From positions 1 to 56,444 of the IMG/VR virus record IMGVR_UViG_3300045557_000058: 56,444 bases of DNA. One strand, given 5' to 3'. Made by a program: the position numbers and the translations under genes. Below, one piece after another: positions 45,303-54,791 of the stretch. The stretch is from a virus. Lineage: Duplodnaviria > Caudoviricetes. Under the pieces are notes generated by a model. The model was not told the origin of the DNA. It saw nothing but the letters and a program-made list of their open reading frames with translations, and made no database searches. Every line of letters starts with the position of its first letter. Position 1 is the stretch's first letter.

Positions 45303-46126
45303 CGCGCCATCATCCTATAATCGTCTCCGTCAAACTGAACGCCCTGACACATTTCAACAATTCGCGAAACAATTGATGCGTCCAGCCGTCGCGACAACTC
45401 TGTTAAATCAAGGTTTGTTGTAATTACAACCGGTAAATAATCTTCGTACCTCCGATTAATTACCTGATAAATCTGCTCCTGCGCCCAGCTCCAACCGTCC
45501 GACCGCTTTACAAATTCCTTGCCAAGATCATCAATGATAAGCAGCGGCACGCGGCAGAGAGCATCCACAACTTTCGAATCTGAATCGTCTTGCCAGCCGG
45601 CTTTAATTCTGGTCAATAACGATACCGCTGTGCCAAACAAAACCGGTATTGCGTCAGCCATTAGACTGTTTGCAACCGCTGCGGCCAGGTGAGTTTTTCC
45701 CGTACCTACCGATCCATAAAGAAACAACCCGCGCGTGTGATTATTCTCCCGAAAACTTTCAGTAAATCGCATCGCGGCGTAATATCCCTTTTGTCGTTCT
45801 TCACTGGATAACTTGAAATTTTCAAAGGTACGTTGCTTAAAACGATCGCCCATACATGAGTCAGCAAAAATTCGATTGATCCGCGCCTGCTTTTCTTTAG
45901 CCTCTTTCATTTCATTGTTTTTTGTAATTTCCGCCTCGATTGCTTTCAATGCGGCCAGTCCTTGTTCGCACTCGCATGTTTGAAACCCGCAATTTATTTC
46001 TTTATCGCCAAGCCGTAAAATGCGCGGAGCTATTTCGTTGCCGCAAAACTTGCACTCATATCCAGAACCCTTCTGGACCCACAGGCTTTTTATCATTTCC
46101 AGCCTTGACGCTTCCACCATGCTCAT
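45299..46126 (-). CDS. DnaC/IstB-like helicase loader ATPase
   Basis: CKFCG...CEC, GSVGTGKTHLA, LLIIDDLGKE, TTN, SRI. Confidence 0.92.
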   Translation of the reverse strand: MSMVEASRLEMIKSLWVQKGSGYECKFCGNEIAPRILRLGDKEINCGFQTCECEQGLAALKAIEAEITKNNEMKEAKEKQARINRIFADSCMGDRFKQRTFENFKLSSEERQKGYYAAMRFTESFRENNHTRGLFLYGSVGTGKTHLAAAVANSLMADAIPVLFGTAVSLLTRIKAGWQDDSDSKVVDALCRVPLLIIDDLGKEFVKRSDGWSWAQEQIYQVINRRYEDYLPVVITTNLDLTELSRRLDASIVSRIVEMCQGVQFDGDDYRMMAR

Positions 46127-46754
46127 CCTCCCATCGTCTGCCGTTTAGCCACGCAGCAGGGGTTTTAATAAACCGCTTTTCCGTTCCGGCCATTTTTATT
46201 TTGTATCTAGCAACCCCGTCCATGACAGCCCCGACTTCCGACTCCTTAATTTTTTTCCAGGCACGTTCAGCGTCGGCCCGTCCTTCGTGTCTCGGAAACT
46301 CTTCATAAAACTTCTCAAAACCGGGGGATATATTATTCTTATCTTTCTTAATGTTATTTATATTCTTGTTTGTGTCCTGTTGTTGTCCTGTTGTTGTCCT
46401 GTTGTTGTCCTGTTTGCTGTCCTTTTCTTCATCTTGCGATTGATACAACGCCCAATTAACAATAGTTACGATGCTTTTTTTGTTGTCCGATTTGATGTCC
46501 AATGTTCGGTTGTTTTTTAACCAATCCATGCAATTACGCACTGTGCTTGGGCTCAAGCCACATTCAGCACTCGCAACGTGCCTACCATATACGAATTGAC
46601 CTGGTTGCAAAATCACCTTTGTCATGCCGACAATCTGCTCGATTTCCTTGTGGGTCGCTTTCATCAAACACCAACAGAACACGCGCCAAAGATTATGATT
46701 CTGCCATACCGCTTTATCTAATGTGCATCGATGCAGTTTCACCCAGCCGTTCAT
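46056..46754 (-). CDS. Phage replication initiator protein
   Basis: GWVKLHR N-terminus, internal iterons, FEKFY..FPR...A..AW...PAAWLN.RRWED C-terminus. Confidence 0.88.
   Translation of the reverse strand: MNGWVKLHRCTLDKAVWQNHNLWRVFCWCLMKATHKEIEQIVGMTKVILQPGQFVYGRHVASAECGLSPSTVRNCMDWLKNNRTLDIKSDNKKSIVTIVNWALYQSQDEEKDSKQDNNRTTTGQQQDTNKNINNIKKDKNNISPGFEKFYEEFPRHEGRADAERAWKKIKESEVGAVMDGVARYKIKMAGTEKRFIKTPAAWLNGRRWEDEHGGSVKAGNDKKPVGPEGFWI
46373..46423. repeat. Iteron array, probable phage origin of replication
   Basis: TGTCCTGTTGT x3 perfect plus 2 partial copies, next to AT-rich tract (~46330-46370), inside initiator gene. Confidence 0.8.
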
Positions 46755-46776
46755 GTAACAAAACCGTCCCTGTGAA

Positions 46777-47133
46777 TTACTTTATTGTGGTTGATTTTTT
46801 ATCATGGGTATTTGCTATGATAATTTCAGCCAATTCATCGACGCATACATACGGTTCTTGGAATGCTTCTGTTCCTGTAAATCTAACAACAATGATCCCT
46901 TGTTTTTGCAAATATCTTTCGCGCTTATAGTCGCTGGCTCGTTGTTCTTTTGTTTTATGAAACTCATGACCGTCAATTTCAACGGCATATTTATGGCCAA
47001 GAATTTCAATAAAGAAATCAACACGATATGGACCAATAACTGTTTCTGGTAGTAGCGTGAGATTAAAGTTCATGCTTTGCGATAAAATCCATGCGTCAAG
47101 AAACCATCGCTGAACCTCGTTCATTTCAAACAC
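46777..47133 (-). CDS. DUF559/Vsr-like endonuclease
   Basis: IGPYRVDF, AVEIDGHEFH, D.KRER.LQ..G..V.RFTG. Confidence 0.85.
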   Translation of the reverse strand: MFEMNEVQRWFLDAWILSQSMNFNLTLLPETVIGPYRVDFFIEILGHKYAVEIDGHEFHKTKEQRASDYKRERYLQKQGIIVVRFTGTEAFQEPYVCVDELAEIIIANTHDKKSTTIK

Positions 47134-47143
47134 TGAATCACCC

Positions 47144-47587
47144 CTATTCCACTTCCCTGAAAACGATGTCCGGATATAGCTTGCGAAATAATTTCCTCTT
47201 TATCAGGTATGATTTTGTTTTTGTGGCCGAAGTTTTCACGTCCTCAACCTCCACCCGCCCATCGGAATACGTCACGCGAAAATCGGCGACGTATTCCATT
47301 TTTCTGACCAGCCTCGCCCCGTCCATATACGCAGCCTGTAAAAGAAACCTCGGCTGCAGTTCGATCTTAGTGACAATCCCGGCTTTTTGCAGAAACAGTA
47401 ATTCGTGGTATCTGTCAGCCTCTTTTTTGCTATCAAATACGATTCCATTTGCCTCTGTTTTCTTGTTTCTATACTTGGCTGGTGTGTTTGTACCGGCCCC
47501 TTGTTTTACCCCGGCTAATTCGCGAAGCTGGGGCCATTTATCCAGCATGTGTTTCGGGATGAATCGAGGATCATCGATTCTGAACAT
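47144..47587 (-). CDS. DUF1064 family nuclease-like protein
   Basis: KYRNKKT..NGIVFDSKKEA, LQPRF.L, YVADF, VEDVK. Confidence 0.85.
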   Translation of the reverse strand: MFRIDDPRFIPKHMLDKWPQLRELAGVKQGAGTNTPAKYRNKKTEANGIVFDSKKEADRYHELLFLQKAGIVTKIELQPRFLLQAAYMDGARLVRKMEYVADFRVTYSDGRVEVEDVKTSATKTKSYLIKRKLFRKLYPDIVFREVE

Positions 47588-48206
47588 TTGCCTTGCCTAA
47601 AATTCCGTAACCGATGATATCGCCCCAGGCATCCTCGCCGCCTTCGCCGTTGCCTTTTGTGATCCGGCTGATTTTATCCAACATGCGGACGATCAATGCA
47701 AGATCGTTATACTGTTCCGGTTTAATCCCGTCCGGGTACAGTTCTTTCAATATAGGGCCAGCAGAAGAAACGGCACTTCCGTACTGTTTTTGCTTTTCCT
47801 CAACCAGTTTGCCAATTTGAGCGCCGATCTCGGCAAAAGTCGGAGCCTCTATCTTGGCTTTCTTTATTCCGAACGTAAGATGAACCTCAATCTCGCCTTT
47901 TTTGTTTTCTACAGCGGTATTGGTGGTTCCGCAGGAAAGGCAGTCAAAGACAGATACCACCATTCCGCAATGCGGACGATCAATAATATTTACCTGTCCG
48001 CATCCTTTGCAGTTAGTCATGAATGGGTTGGCAATAAATTCGTCACGCAAAGGAATCGTTGCAAAAAACTCCATGCCAGGAAGTCTCTCTAAAAACTGTT
48101 TTGTGTTACATTGTGAACAAGTCGTTGCAGGTCGAAAAATACCATCAGGCGGCATCATCTTTATTATTGAACCGCACTTACAGCACTTAGCTTCAACCAT
48201 CATCAT
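47571..48206 (-). CDS. Zn-finger protein fused to nucleotide-modification-associated (DUF1599-like) helical domain
   Basis: Several CxxC pairs; K...YGS...RMLDKISRI...EDAWGDIIGYGIL. Confidence 0.6.
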   Translation of the reverse strand: MMMVEAKCCKCGSIIKMMPPDGIFRPATTCSQCNTKQFLERLPGMEFFATIPLRDEFIANPFMTNCKGCGQVNIIDRPHCGMVVSVFDCLSCGTTNTAVENKKGEIEVHLTFGIKKAKIEAPTFAEIGAQIGKLVEEKQKQYGSAVSSAGPILKELYPDGIKPEQYNDLALIVRMLDKISRITKGNGEGGEDAWGDIIGYGILGKANVQNR

Positions 48207-48547
48207 TCAACACGCTCCAGGCTTGCTTTCTGGCTAAACCCGTTAGGGTAGCGCTTCAGCAGTTTTTCTACGTTCTTTTCCGCAATCTCGTCCAGGGAAA
48301 TATGCAGCGTTGACGCTATGGCTGCGACATAAAACAACACGTCGCCAAGCTCTTTGACAATCTCGTCCTTGTCAAGCAAGTGACCGTGATATACGGCCTT
48401 TTTCACAATGTCGGCTACTTCTCCGGCCTCGCCAGCCACACCCAGGCTATAATTAACAAGCTGATCCTCTAAAATAAGCTCTGCGTTCAGTGTTCGTTTG
48501 GATAGCTGTTGATATTCGTTCAGTTGCATTTGTTCATCTCCCGCCAT
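48203..48547 (-). CDS. MazG-like NTP pyrophosphohydrolase
   Basis: LGVAGEAGEVAD.VKK, ELGDVLFY, N..KL..RYP.GF. Confidence 0.9.
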   Translation of the reverse strand: MAGDEQMQLNEYQQLSKRTLNAELILEDQLVNYSLGVAGEAGEVADIVKKAVYHGHLLDKDEIVKELGDVLFYVAAIASTLHISLDEIAEKNVEKLLKRYPNGFSQKASLERVE

Positions 48548-49001
48548 TTTTTCTGCCGCTCCGCTGCGGCAATCGCTCGTTCTGTTTCGCGCTTTTTCCG
48601 AACAATGTCGTCAATGATCGAACCGGCTGCGTTAATACTGGTTTTTGATTTTGTGGACTCAATAATCCCGCGTCCTTCGTGTCTGTAAATCATGTAATCA
48701 ACCTTCCCTATACGATTGGTTCCGGATTCTTTTTGCCGTGCTTAACAATCCTCCCGGACAACAAACTGTTATGAGCATCGTCCGGCGATAAATACACGTT
48801 TGCCACAATCGCCAAATATAATGCATACCACGCTTCCATGTTCTCGCCTCCTTTGCGGGGCAGCCGCGCCGCCCCGCAATATGTAAATTACTTAAACCGA
48901 ACCAATAAGTGTCCGTCGCCCATCTGTCGGTGGACATAATAGTCTGTTATGGGTTTTTCGGCTCCGCACGTTCTGCACGTTTTCATGTCACTCCCTCCTG
49001 G

Positions 49002-49418
49002 TTAAAACGGGATTGTATCGTCGTCCGGCGCCACATCATGCCCGAACTGACTCGGGTCTGCCGGGTCACTGCTTGGCGCATGCCCCCTCGGGACTCCGCC
49101 GGCCAAGATTTTAAAGTCTTGCACAACAAAGTCAGTTGTGTATTTTTTGGTTCCATCCTTGTCATCATATTGTCTCGGCTGTACCCTCGCCTTGACGAAA
49201 ACCAATGTTCCTTTGCAACTCAGATTTCCAAAAAATTCGCCGCGTTTTTCCCAGGCAGTAACCTGTATAAAGTCGGCGATCGCCTTGTCGGCTTCCTTGG
49301 ATTTGGGCCTATCTACCGCAATCGTTGCCTGCGTTACGATTTTACCAGCCTGCGTGGTCTTAACTTCAGGATCACGGACCAGCCTGCCAATCAAAAACAG
49401 TTCATTTAATCCTTGCAT
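49002..49418 (-). CDS. ssb: Single-stranded DNA-binding protein
   Basis: LIGRLVRDPE, IAVDR, ADFI, acidic tail DDDTIPF. Confidence 0.93.
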   Translation of the reverse strand: MQGLNELFLIGRLVRDPEVKTTQAGKIVTQATIAVDRPKSKEADKAIADFIQVTAWEKRGEFFGNLSCKGTLVFVKARVQPRQYDDKDGTKKYTTDFVVQDFKILAGGVPRGHAPSSDPADPSQFGHDVAPDDDTIPF

Positions 49419-49427
49419 TTTTACTCC

Positions 49428-50264
49428 TTACAGCGGAAATTCGTCGCCGCTATCTGTCGGTGCCACTTCTTCCGCTACCTCCTTCTGTTCTTGCTTGGCA
49501 ATCGGTGGAAACTGGTCCTCTTTGCGCGTCAGATTGTCCTTGATCGCCGCGAACACTTTGCGCAGACGGTCCAGGTCTTGTTCGCTAAAATGTTTCACCG
49601 ATTCTTTGCCGATAAACTTCGCGAGCTGAGACTCCGACACATCAATCGCCGCAAATGCCGCAACCATCTTTTGCGTCCGTTCGGCCAGCGGGATTTTCTT
49701 TTTGCCGGCTGCCAGCGTCTGCTCGCACTTTCCGAGCGCAAAATCAACAATGTCGCCGGGGATAATTCCGAGGATGCAGGCCCTCAGGCGCCGCGCTCCC
49801 TGGTTGGCAACCATTTCGTACACGTCGCGCGGATCATCGAGCAGTTTCGACCCCTGTTTGGTTTTGCGGACATGGGGAACCTGGAAAATCTTCGTCTGAC
49901 GCGTGTTAGTTTCCAAATCCCACGCATACGCCATGACTGTGGATTCCCCGTTTCGCTGTTCCAGTTCTACGACGCCGAAATCTAAGTTTCCCCAGTTTTG
50001 CGCCAGTGTTTCTGCCAGCCGGATCGACGGGCCAGTTACCTCGGACCCGCCGCGTTCGTATTCGTAGGCGGCCACTTCTGCCAATGTCGGGCGCTCGCAG
50101 GCTTTCTCGATCCTGCTGATCGAATCATTAACGTCGCGGGGAAATCTTTTTGCCACGACCATTGCGGCCTGAACTTCCTGCGCCTGCCGGGAAATCATCG
50201 ATTCCACCGGCGCCGTCGCCACTTGTCTCGGCTGGTCAAGTGTCAAACTATTTTGAACTGCCAT
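49428..50264 (-). CDS. Putative single-strand annealing/recombination protein
   Basis: AKRFPR, GPSIRLAE..A..WGN, AWDLETN, RRLRACIL..IP; acidic DEFPL tail; between YqaJ/DUF1351 and ssb. Confidence 0.65.
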   Translation of the reverse strand: MAVQNSLTLDQPRQVATAPVESMISRQAQEVQAAMVVAKRFPRDVNDSISRIEKACERPTLAEVAAYEYERGGSEVTGPSIRLAETLAQNWGNLDFGVVELEQRNGESTVMAYAWDLETNTRQTKIFQVPHVRKTKQGSKLLDDPRDVYEMVANQGARRLRACILGIIPGDIVDFALGKCEQTLAAGKKKIPLAERTQKMVAAFAAIDVSESQLAKFIGKESVKHFSEQDLDRLRKVFAAIKDNLTRKEDQFPPIAKQEQKEVAEEVAPTDSGDEFPL

Positions 50265-51178
50265 TACGCAACCCTCACTTTCGCTACTGTTTTATAGTCG
50301 ATCCCGCTACCGTCCAGGTACGCTTTGAGCTTTACTGCCTGCTGAACCGTCATGTGAGTGAACTCCATTGTGAGATTGAATAGCGGTCCATCTGCCTGTT
50401 GTACCTCTTTGGGTTTTTCCTCTGGCTTTTCTTCCTGTTTTTCCTCTGTTTTTGCTGGCTGCGCCTTGGCTGTCGCGGCCTCTTCGGCCTGTTTCCGCCG
50501 CTGCGCAACGCCAACAATGTATTCGGCCAGGTCGCCAAGCTCGATCCCTTCCAGCCCCGGCACGTCGCCGATGGTGATTGGCGTCGTCAGTTCGAACGCT
50601 TTTGATTGTGCCACGCAGAGTTTTTGCGCCATCTTGATTTTTTGCGCCCGCAACTCTTCAGCTTCGTCCTCGGCCTTTTGCATTTGCAGCAGCGTTTCGA
50701 TCCGCTGCGAAATGTCGGACGTGATGGATTTTTTAGTCGCGGTTTTCAACGTATACTTGTCGATTACACTAACCATCTTGGCGAAGCCGGGCCGAAGTCC
50801 GGCGGCGGCGGTCATTGTTTCAATCCAGCCGGCTACTTCCTTTCCTGCCTTTTCTCTTCGCGCCGCTTCGTACCGATTGATTTGCTCGGCCAACGGAGCC
50901 TCGACTTCATTAAGAACGGCCATAACGTCCTTCACTTCGGCTTCGAACTTTTTAAGCGGAGCCTCAAATTCTTTCTTCGCGTTCTTGCGGAACTCGTCGA
51001 GCTTGCTGCGCTTCCCGGCGATCTCCCGGCGAACCTCTTCCATTTCCTTCAGGTTTTCTTCTGTGACTTCCAGGCCAACATACTGCTCCGCGTATTGTCT
51101 GGCCCAGCTTTTTACCAACTCGTGATTCCACTCAAATTCAGAGACGGACTTGATAACCTGAATTTCCATTGGCGCCAT
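50264..51178 (-). CDS. DUF1351-like coiled-coil protein (Gam-like position)
   Basis: N.ELVK...Y.GLEVTEEN...LDE.RK..KK....P...FE..VK; next to YqaJ. Confidence 0.75.
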   Translation of the reverse strand: MAPMEIQVIKSVSEFEWNHELVKSWARQYAEQYVGLEVTEENLKEMEEVRREIAGKRSKLDEFRKNAKKEFEAPLKKFEAEVKDVMAVLNEVEAPLAEQINRYEAARREKAGKEVAGWIETMTAAAGLRPGFAKMVSVIDKYTLKTATKKSITSDISQRIETLLQMQKAEDEAEELRAQKIKMAQKLCVAQSKAFELTTPITIGDVPGLEGIELGDLAEYIVGVAQRRKQAEEAATAKAQPAKTEEKQEEKPEEKPKEVQQADGPLFNLTMEFTHMTVQQAVKLKAYLDGSGIDYKTVAKVRVA

Positions 51179-51182
51179 TTCT

Positions 51183-51806
51183 TCAACCCCTCATTATCAA
51201 ATTTGGTTTCGTTTTGGTTTCCACGCAGCGCCAGAACTCTCGCTCTCTGTCTATGATCAGCGCTATATCTTCGTCGCTGCGCTCAATCCGGTACTCTTTT
51301 AGGTATCCGCTGATCTCGCCGCTGCCGAGCGTAATCTGTATGTATGCGTACAGATACGCAAACGCAAATCCGGTAGCTGCGAGATAGTGAAGAACCTGGC
51401 AGTAATACGTTTGCGGTATCTTATCCCTCCATTCCTTTAGATTTTTTACCTCTGCGGTTTTGATTTCCAACACTCCTGCCCGGCCCACGGTATCGGTGAG
51501 CGTCCCGTCCAGGGTATAGAACATCCACGGATATTCTTCGCTCCTGCCGTCAATCGGTCCGCCGACAGTCAGGAACGGGTGGGTTATGGCGAAAATTTCT
51601 CTCAGGTGAGCTTCCATTTTGTTGCCGCGCTGGACCTGTGGCTTTTCCGAAATGTCCTCCGGAATCGCTAGGCCGGTCTTTTCTTCCCACAATCTGATGT
51701 TGGTTTTCCATGGGGAGTACCCCAACACGACCCCGGCGTCCGATCCGCCGATCCCTGTTTGCCTGAACTCATTCGTCAGCGTATTCATTTTCAGCCTCAC
51801 AATCAT
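51183..51806 (-). CDS. YqaJ-like viral exonuclease
   Basis: R.TGIGGSD, SPWKT...LWEEKTG, LDG, LEIKT, YYCQVLHY; start may be ATG 51788. Confidence 0.92.
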   Translation of the reverse strand: MIVRLKMNTLTNEFRQTGIGGSDAGVVLGYSPWKTNIRLWEEKTGLAIPEDISEKPQVQRGNKMEAHLREIFAITHPFLTVGGPIDGRSEEYPWMFYTLDGTLTDTVGRAGVLEIKTAEVKNLKEWRDKIPQTYYCQVLHYLAATGFAFAYLYAYIQITLGSGEISGYLKEYRIERSDEDIALIIDREREFWRCVETKTKPNLIMRG

Positions 51807-51911
51807 CCGGGTTTTTGTCTAGCCAGCACCAAGCATCAGAGATTGTCGCAGTTGTGTCGCCGTAAGGCACTCTGGTCCTGTCGGTTCGCATAAATTCGCA
51901 ATCGTCGCAAA

Positions 51912-52061
51912 TCACTCCGACCCCTCCTTGCTCAGATCGATAATATCGGCTGACATTCCATTGATAGCGGCCAGCCGCATAACTCTCTCGGCCTCCGGCA
52001 GTAATTCGTAGTCTTTTCTTGCCAATTCGCCGGATTCGTCAAAGACGATCACCCTCCACAT
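51912..52061 (-). CDS. 49-aa hypothetical protein
   Basis: SD AAGGAGG; MWRVIVFDESGELARKDY...; below ORF-track cutoff. Confidence 0.45.
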   Translation of the reverse strand: MWRVIVFDESGELARKDYELLPEAERVMRLAAINGMSADIIDLSKEGSE

Positions 52062-52141
52062 ACAGCCTCCTTTGATTTTGCGATTGAATTTGGTAAAATA
52101 GACACAGAGACAATATCCTTTGCCACGGGTTTTGACTCACA

Positions 52142-52180
52142 GACACTCTGACGGTCCTAACGTCAGGGTGTCATTTATTT
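52142..52180. terminator. Stem-loop at end of pentapeptide gene (terminator-like on + strand)
   Basis: GACACTCTGACG-GTCCTAA-CGTCAGGGTGTC followed by ATTTATTTT. Confidence 0.5.
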
Positions 52181-52824
52181 TGTTCTGCCATTGTTTTAAA
52201 AAGAGCAATAGCGGCGGCGTATTCTTTGCCATGCTTTGAATCGTCAGCGTAAACGCTTTTTACCCGCGCTTCAAATTCTTCCAGCGTACCGCCTTGATAG
52301 TCGTTCCAACAGCCGCAGCGAATATTGTTAATCGCGACAAAATATATTGTTGTTGCCGACCTGCTACCAATGCCGCCAACGACAACAATCGGGGAACCAT
52401 CAAAGCTGGAACCATCAAAGCTGGAACGAACAAAGCGGGAATCATCAAAGCTGGAACGAACAAAGCTGGAACGAACAAAGCTGGAACAAACAAAGCTGGA
52501 ACGAACAAAGCTGGAACCATCAAAGCTGGAACGAACAAAGCGGGAATCATCAAAGCTGGAACGAACAAAGCTGGAACGAACAAAGCTGGAACAAACAAAG
52601 CTGGAACGAACAAAGCTGGAACCATCAAAGCTGGAACGAACAAAGCGGGAATCATCAAAGCTGGAACCATCAAAGCTGGAACCATCCAGATTTTTTCCAA
52701 AAACAACAATACCTTGCAGCAATTTGTTGCTAAAATCTGCCTGTTTACCGCCAGGTTCATTGTTTAGCCACCGGCCATGTGATTCGATCATTTTGTCTAC
52801 TTGTTCTTGAGTCAGTTTTTCCAT
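52171..52824 (-). CDS. Pentapeptide-repeat protein
   Basis: Start refined to ATG 52824 (SD AAGGAGG); H.RWL...G..ADF N-cap, 19 x S(S/R)Fxx, GGIGSR...IRCGCW..GTLEEF C-terminal domain. Confidence 0.88.
   Translation of the reverse strand: MEKLTQEQVDKMIESHGRWLNNEPGGKQADFSNKLLQGIVVFGKNLDGSSFDGSSFDDSRFVRSSFDGSSFVRSSFVCSSFVRSSFVRSSFDDSRFVRSSFDGSSFVRSSFVCSSFVRSSFVRSSFDDSRFVRSSFDGSSFDGSPIVVVGGIGSRSATTIYFVAINNIRCGCWNDYQGGTLEEFEARVKSVYADDSKHGKEYAAAIALFKTMAEQNK
52393..52686. repeat. 15-bp tandem repeat with 105-bp higher-order period
   Basis: Units such as CAAAGCTGGAACGAA / CAAAGCTGGAACCAT; a block of 7 units recurs. Confidence 0.92.
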
Positions 52825-52841
52825 TATTTGCCTCCTTGTTT

Positions 52842-53033
52842 TTATTTGTCCATGTAAATCAGCACCGGCATCAACAGCCCCACCGCCTGCCAAATTACCC
52901 ATACCGCCCCGATGATCGCCAGCACAGCGATGGCAATAGCAATGCCTGCTGTTGTCGCAACGTCGCGGCGGGTTAGCATAACCACGCCACCCATGCGGCA
53001 ATGATCGACATTCCCACCGTTACGCCTTTCCAA
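52842..53033 (-). CDS. Small membrane protein (start uncertain)
   Basis: Long hydrophobic segment AGIAIAIAVLAIIGAVWVIWQAVGLL. Confidence 0.45.
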   Translation of the reverse strand: MERRNGGNVDHCRMGGVVMLTRRDVATTAGIAIAIAVLAIIGAVWVIWQAVGLLMPVLIYMDK

Positions 53034-53179
53034 AATTCCGATTCAACTCGCTTTACCGCTACTGTCGTTTTCATGACTACCCTCCTTTTCTTTCTGCGCC
53101 ATCAACAGGGCGAGAAGTTCTTTGCCAACATTGGCGTGGCCGGAGTATGTGATTTCGGTAATTACCTTGCGACTCACAA

Positions 53180-53941
53180 TCACCCACTCCTCGTGCAAAT
53201 TTGTTTTGCGCCGTCTCGCAGCGCCATATTGAGCATTCCCTTTATCGCCGGAACGTGTTTTTCGAAAAAAACATACTCTTTGGTTTGGGCCAGCATTTGA
53301 GTATGCTGCTTCATCGCTTCCTTTAGCCCGCCCTGAAGCGTTTGCTTCATTTCGCTGCGCGTCCATTCGTCAAGTTCTCCGGTTTTCCCGACGCGACCAA
53401 CCAGCCGGCCAAACTTGTCAAACATTTCTCGGTATCGCATCATTTCTCCGATGGCAAACTTGGCGCTCATGCTTTGCAGCCCGTTCTGTGCGTACAAATC
53501 CTCAAACAACCGAACGCTCATTACCGAGACTGCCTGCCAAAACCATTCCTCAGACATAAGAGAATCCGTAAAGAGTTTTGTCCGCTTTTTATCCTTCACA
53601 TACCCGCTGTCGGTCAGTCGCCGCAACGCGAAATCGATGAATAACGGCAAATACTGCGCTCGCCATTTTCCGTTTTCAAAGTGATCCGGATTGGCGGCTT
53701 TGTATAAGGTGATGATTCCGTCGCGCGAAGTAACCCCTTTTCGCACGCAATCATCCAGCCACGCCAGCAGCATAGTTTTGGATGCTTCGCCGGTCTTGTT
53801 TTCCATGATGTCGCCGTAATGAATTGCGCGATTTTGCACCACGAATATTTCGGCGGCAATATCAAGTTCCCGGCGAATTTCTTCCACGGCCAACCGCTCG
53901 GCGTAGTGAATTGGGCTAATTAGTGACAAAGTGTTCTGCAT
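53180..53941 (-). CDS. Hypothetical early protein
   Basis: 253 aa ORF, SD GGGGTG. Confidence 0.65.
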   Translation of the reverse strand: MQNTLSLISPIHYAERLAVEEIRRELDIAAEIFVVQNRAIHYGDIMENKTGEASKTMLLAWLDDCVRKGVTSRDGIITLYKAANPDHFENGKWRAQYLPLFIDFALRRLTDSGYVKDKKRTKLFTDSLMSEEWFWQAVSVMSVRLFEDLYAQNGLQSMSAKFAIGEMMRYREMFDKFGRLVGRVGKTGELDEWTRSEMKQTLQGGLKEAMKQHTQMLAQTKEYVFFEKHVPAIKGMLNMALRDGAKQICTRSG

Positions 53942-54791
53942 CCAGCGTCACCCCTTTCTTGGTTCCGATACCTTCCAGTGCGTCCGCCGTTTCCCTGAGA
54001 ATTGCCGCGCCTTCCGACAGGTCAGAAGTAATATCTTCATCTCCTGGTATCGCCCTGGACAGGAACTCGATCTCCTTAACAACCTTGCCGACTTCTCGCG
54101 CCAGCTGTACGATTCTTGACCGAATTTCCGCACGCTTGCCGGCTTTGAATACCGCTTGTGCTTGACCGATTCTTTCGTCGGCCATTTTGTCAATTTCAGC
54201 CTGCGCCTCTTTGAGTTTTTTCTTTGTGGCTTCATAATCCGGCGGGATAACTTCAACCCGCTTTTCAACCGTTACCGTGTCCGGTTTTTTCAAATCAGCC
54301 AGCATTTTTTGAGCTATTTTCGATTTTTCCAGATCCTCTTCTAGTTTTTGCAACCTCTGCGACTGCCGCTGAATCTCGGCGTCTTTGGTAACGCTGGCTT
54401 TTTCAGCTTCTTTCAGCGCCTTGATTGTCGCCGCAAGTTCCCTGCTGGTCATTTCGTCAACCGTTTTCTGTTGGCCGCCTACTTCATGCGTTGCAGCAAG
54501 GAAGTTTTCGCGGTCGGCGGCGGGAACGTCGAGAAGAGCAAAAACTTTAGTTGGTGGCATTTGTAACAGCGATGTTACATTTGAAAACTCTTCGGCTGCT
54601 CTCATGATTCTGCTGGCGTGCATTCTGGTGAAGTCGGTATTCTGTTCTATCCAACCGCCCCACTCACCATGTGCAACTTGTTCTTTTGCCTGTATCAGCC
54701 GCTTGCCAATCTCGATAATGTTTGCCGCCGTTTGTTGCGACAAAATTTTTATTTCTACTACCAGTTGCGGCAGCGGGGTTAGTTCTTTCAT
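53916..54791 (-). CDS. DUF3102 domain protein
   Basis: IIEIGKRLIQAKEQV.HGEWG.W, MT.REL; coiled-coil C-terminus. Confidence 0.85.
   Translation of the reverse strand: MKELTPLPQLVVEIKILSQQTAANIIEIGKRLIQAKEQVAHGEWGGWIEQNTDFTRMHASRIMRAAEEFSNVTSLLQMPPTKVFALLDVPAADRENFLAATHEVGGQQKTVDEMTSRELAATIKALKEAEKASVTKDAEIQRQSQRLQKLEEDLEKSKIAQKMLADLKKPDTVTVEKRVEVIPPDYEATKKKLKEAQAEIDKMADERIGQAQAVFKAGKRAEIRSRIVQLAREVGKVVKEIEFLSRAIPGDEDITSDLSEGAAILRETADALEGIGTKKGVTLDAEHFVTN

Noticed and set aside
43072-47133. Restriction-modification system formed by the MTase plus nearby nucleases
   Set aside because: The nucleases are common phage HNH, DUF559 and MmcB-like types and not a cognate REase pair; an orphan MTase is more likely
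50358-51256. 255-aa and 216-aa + strand ORFs
   Set aside because: Antisense shadows of the DUF1351-like gene with S/F-rich mirror composition and no recognisable motifs
52260-52810. Several long alternative-frame ORFs over the 15-bp array, and the array as a CRISPR
   Set aside because: Stop-free frames result from the tandem repeat; there are no unique spacers or cas genes; only the SSFxx frame has an SD and typical flanking domains
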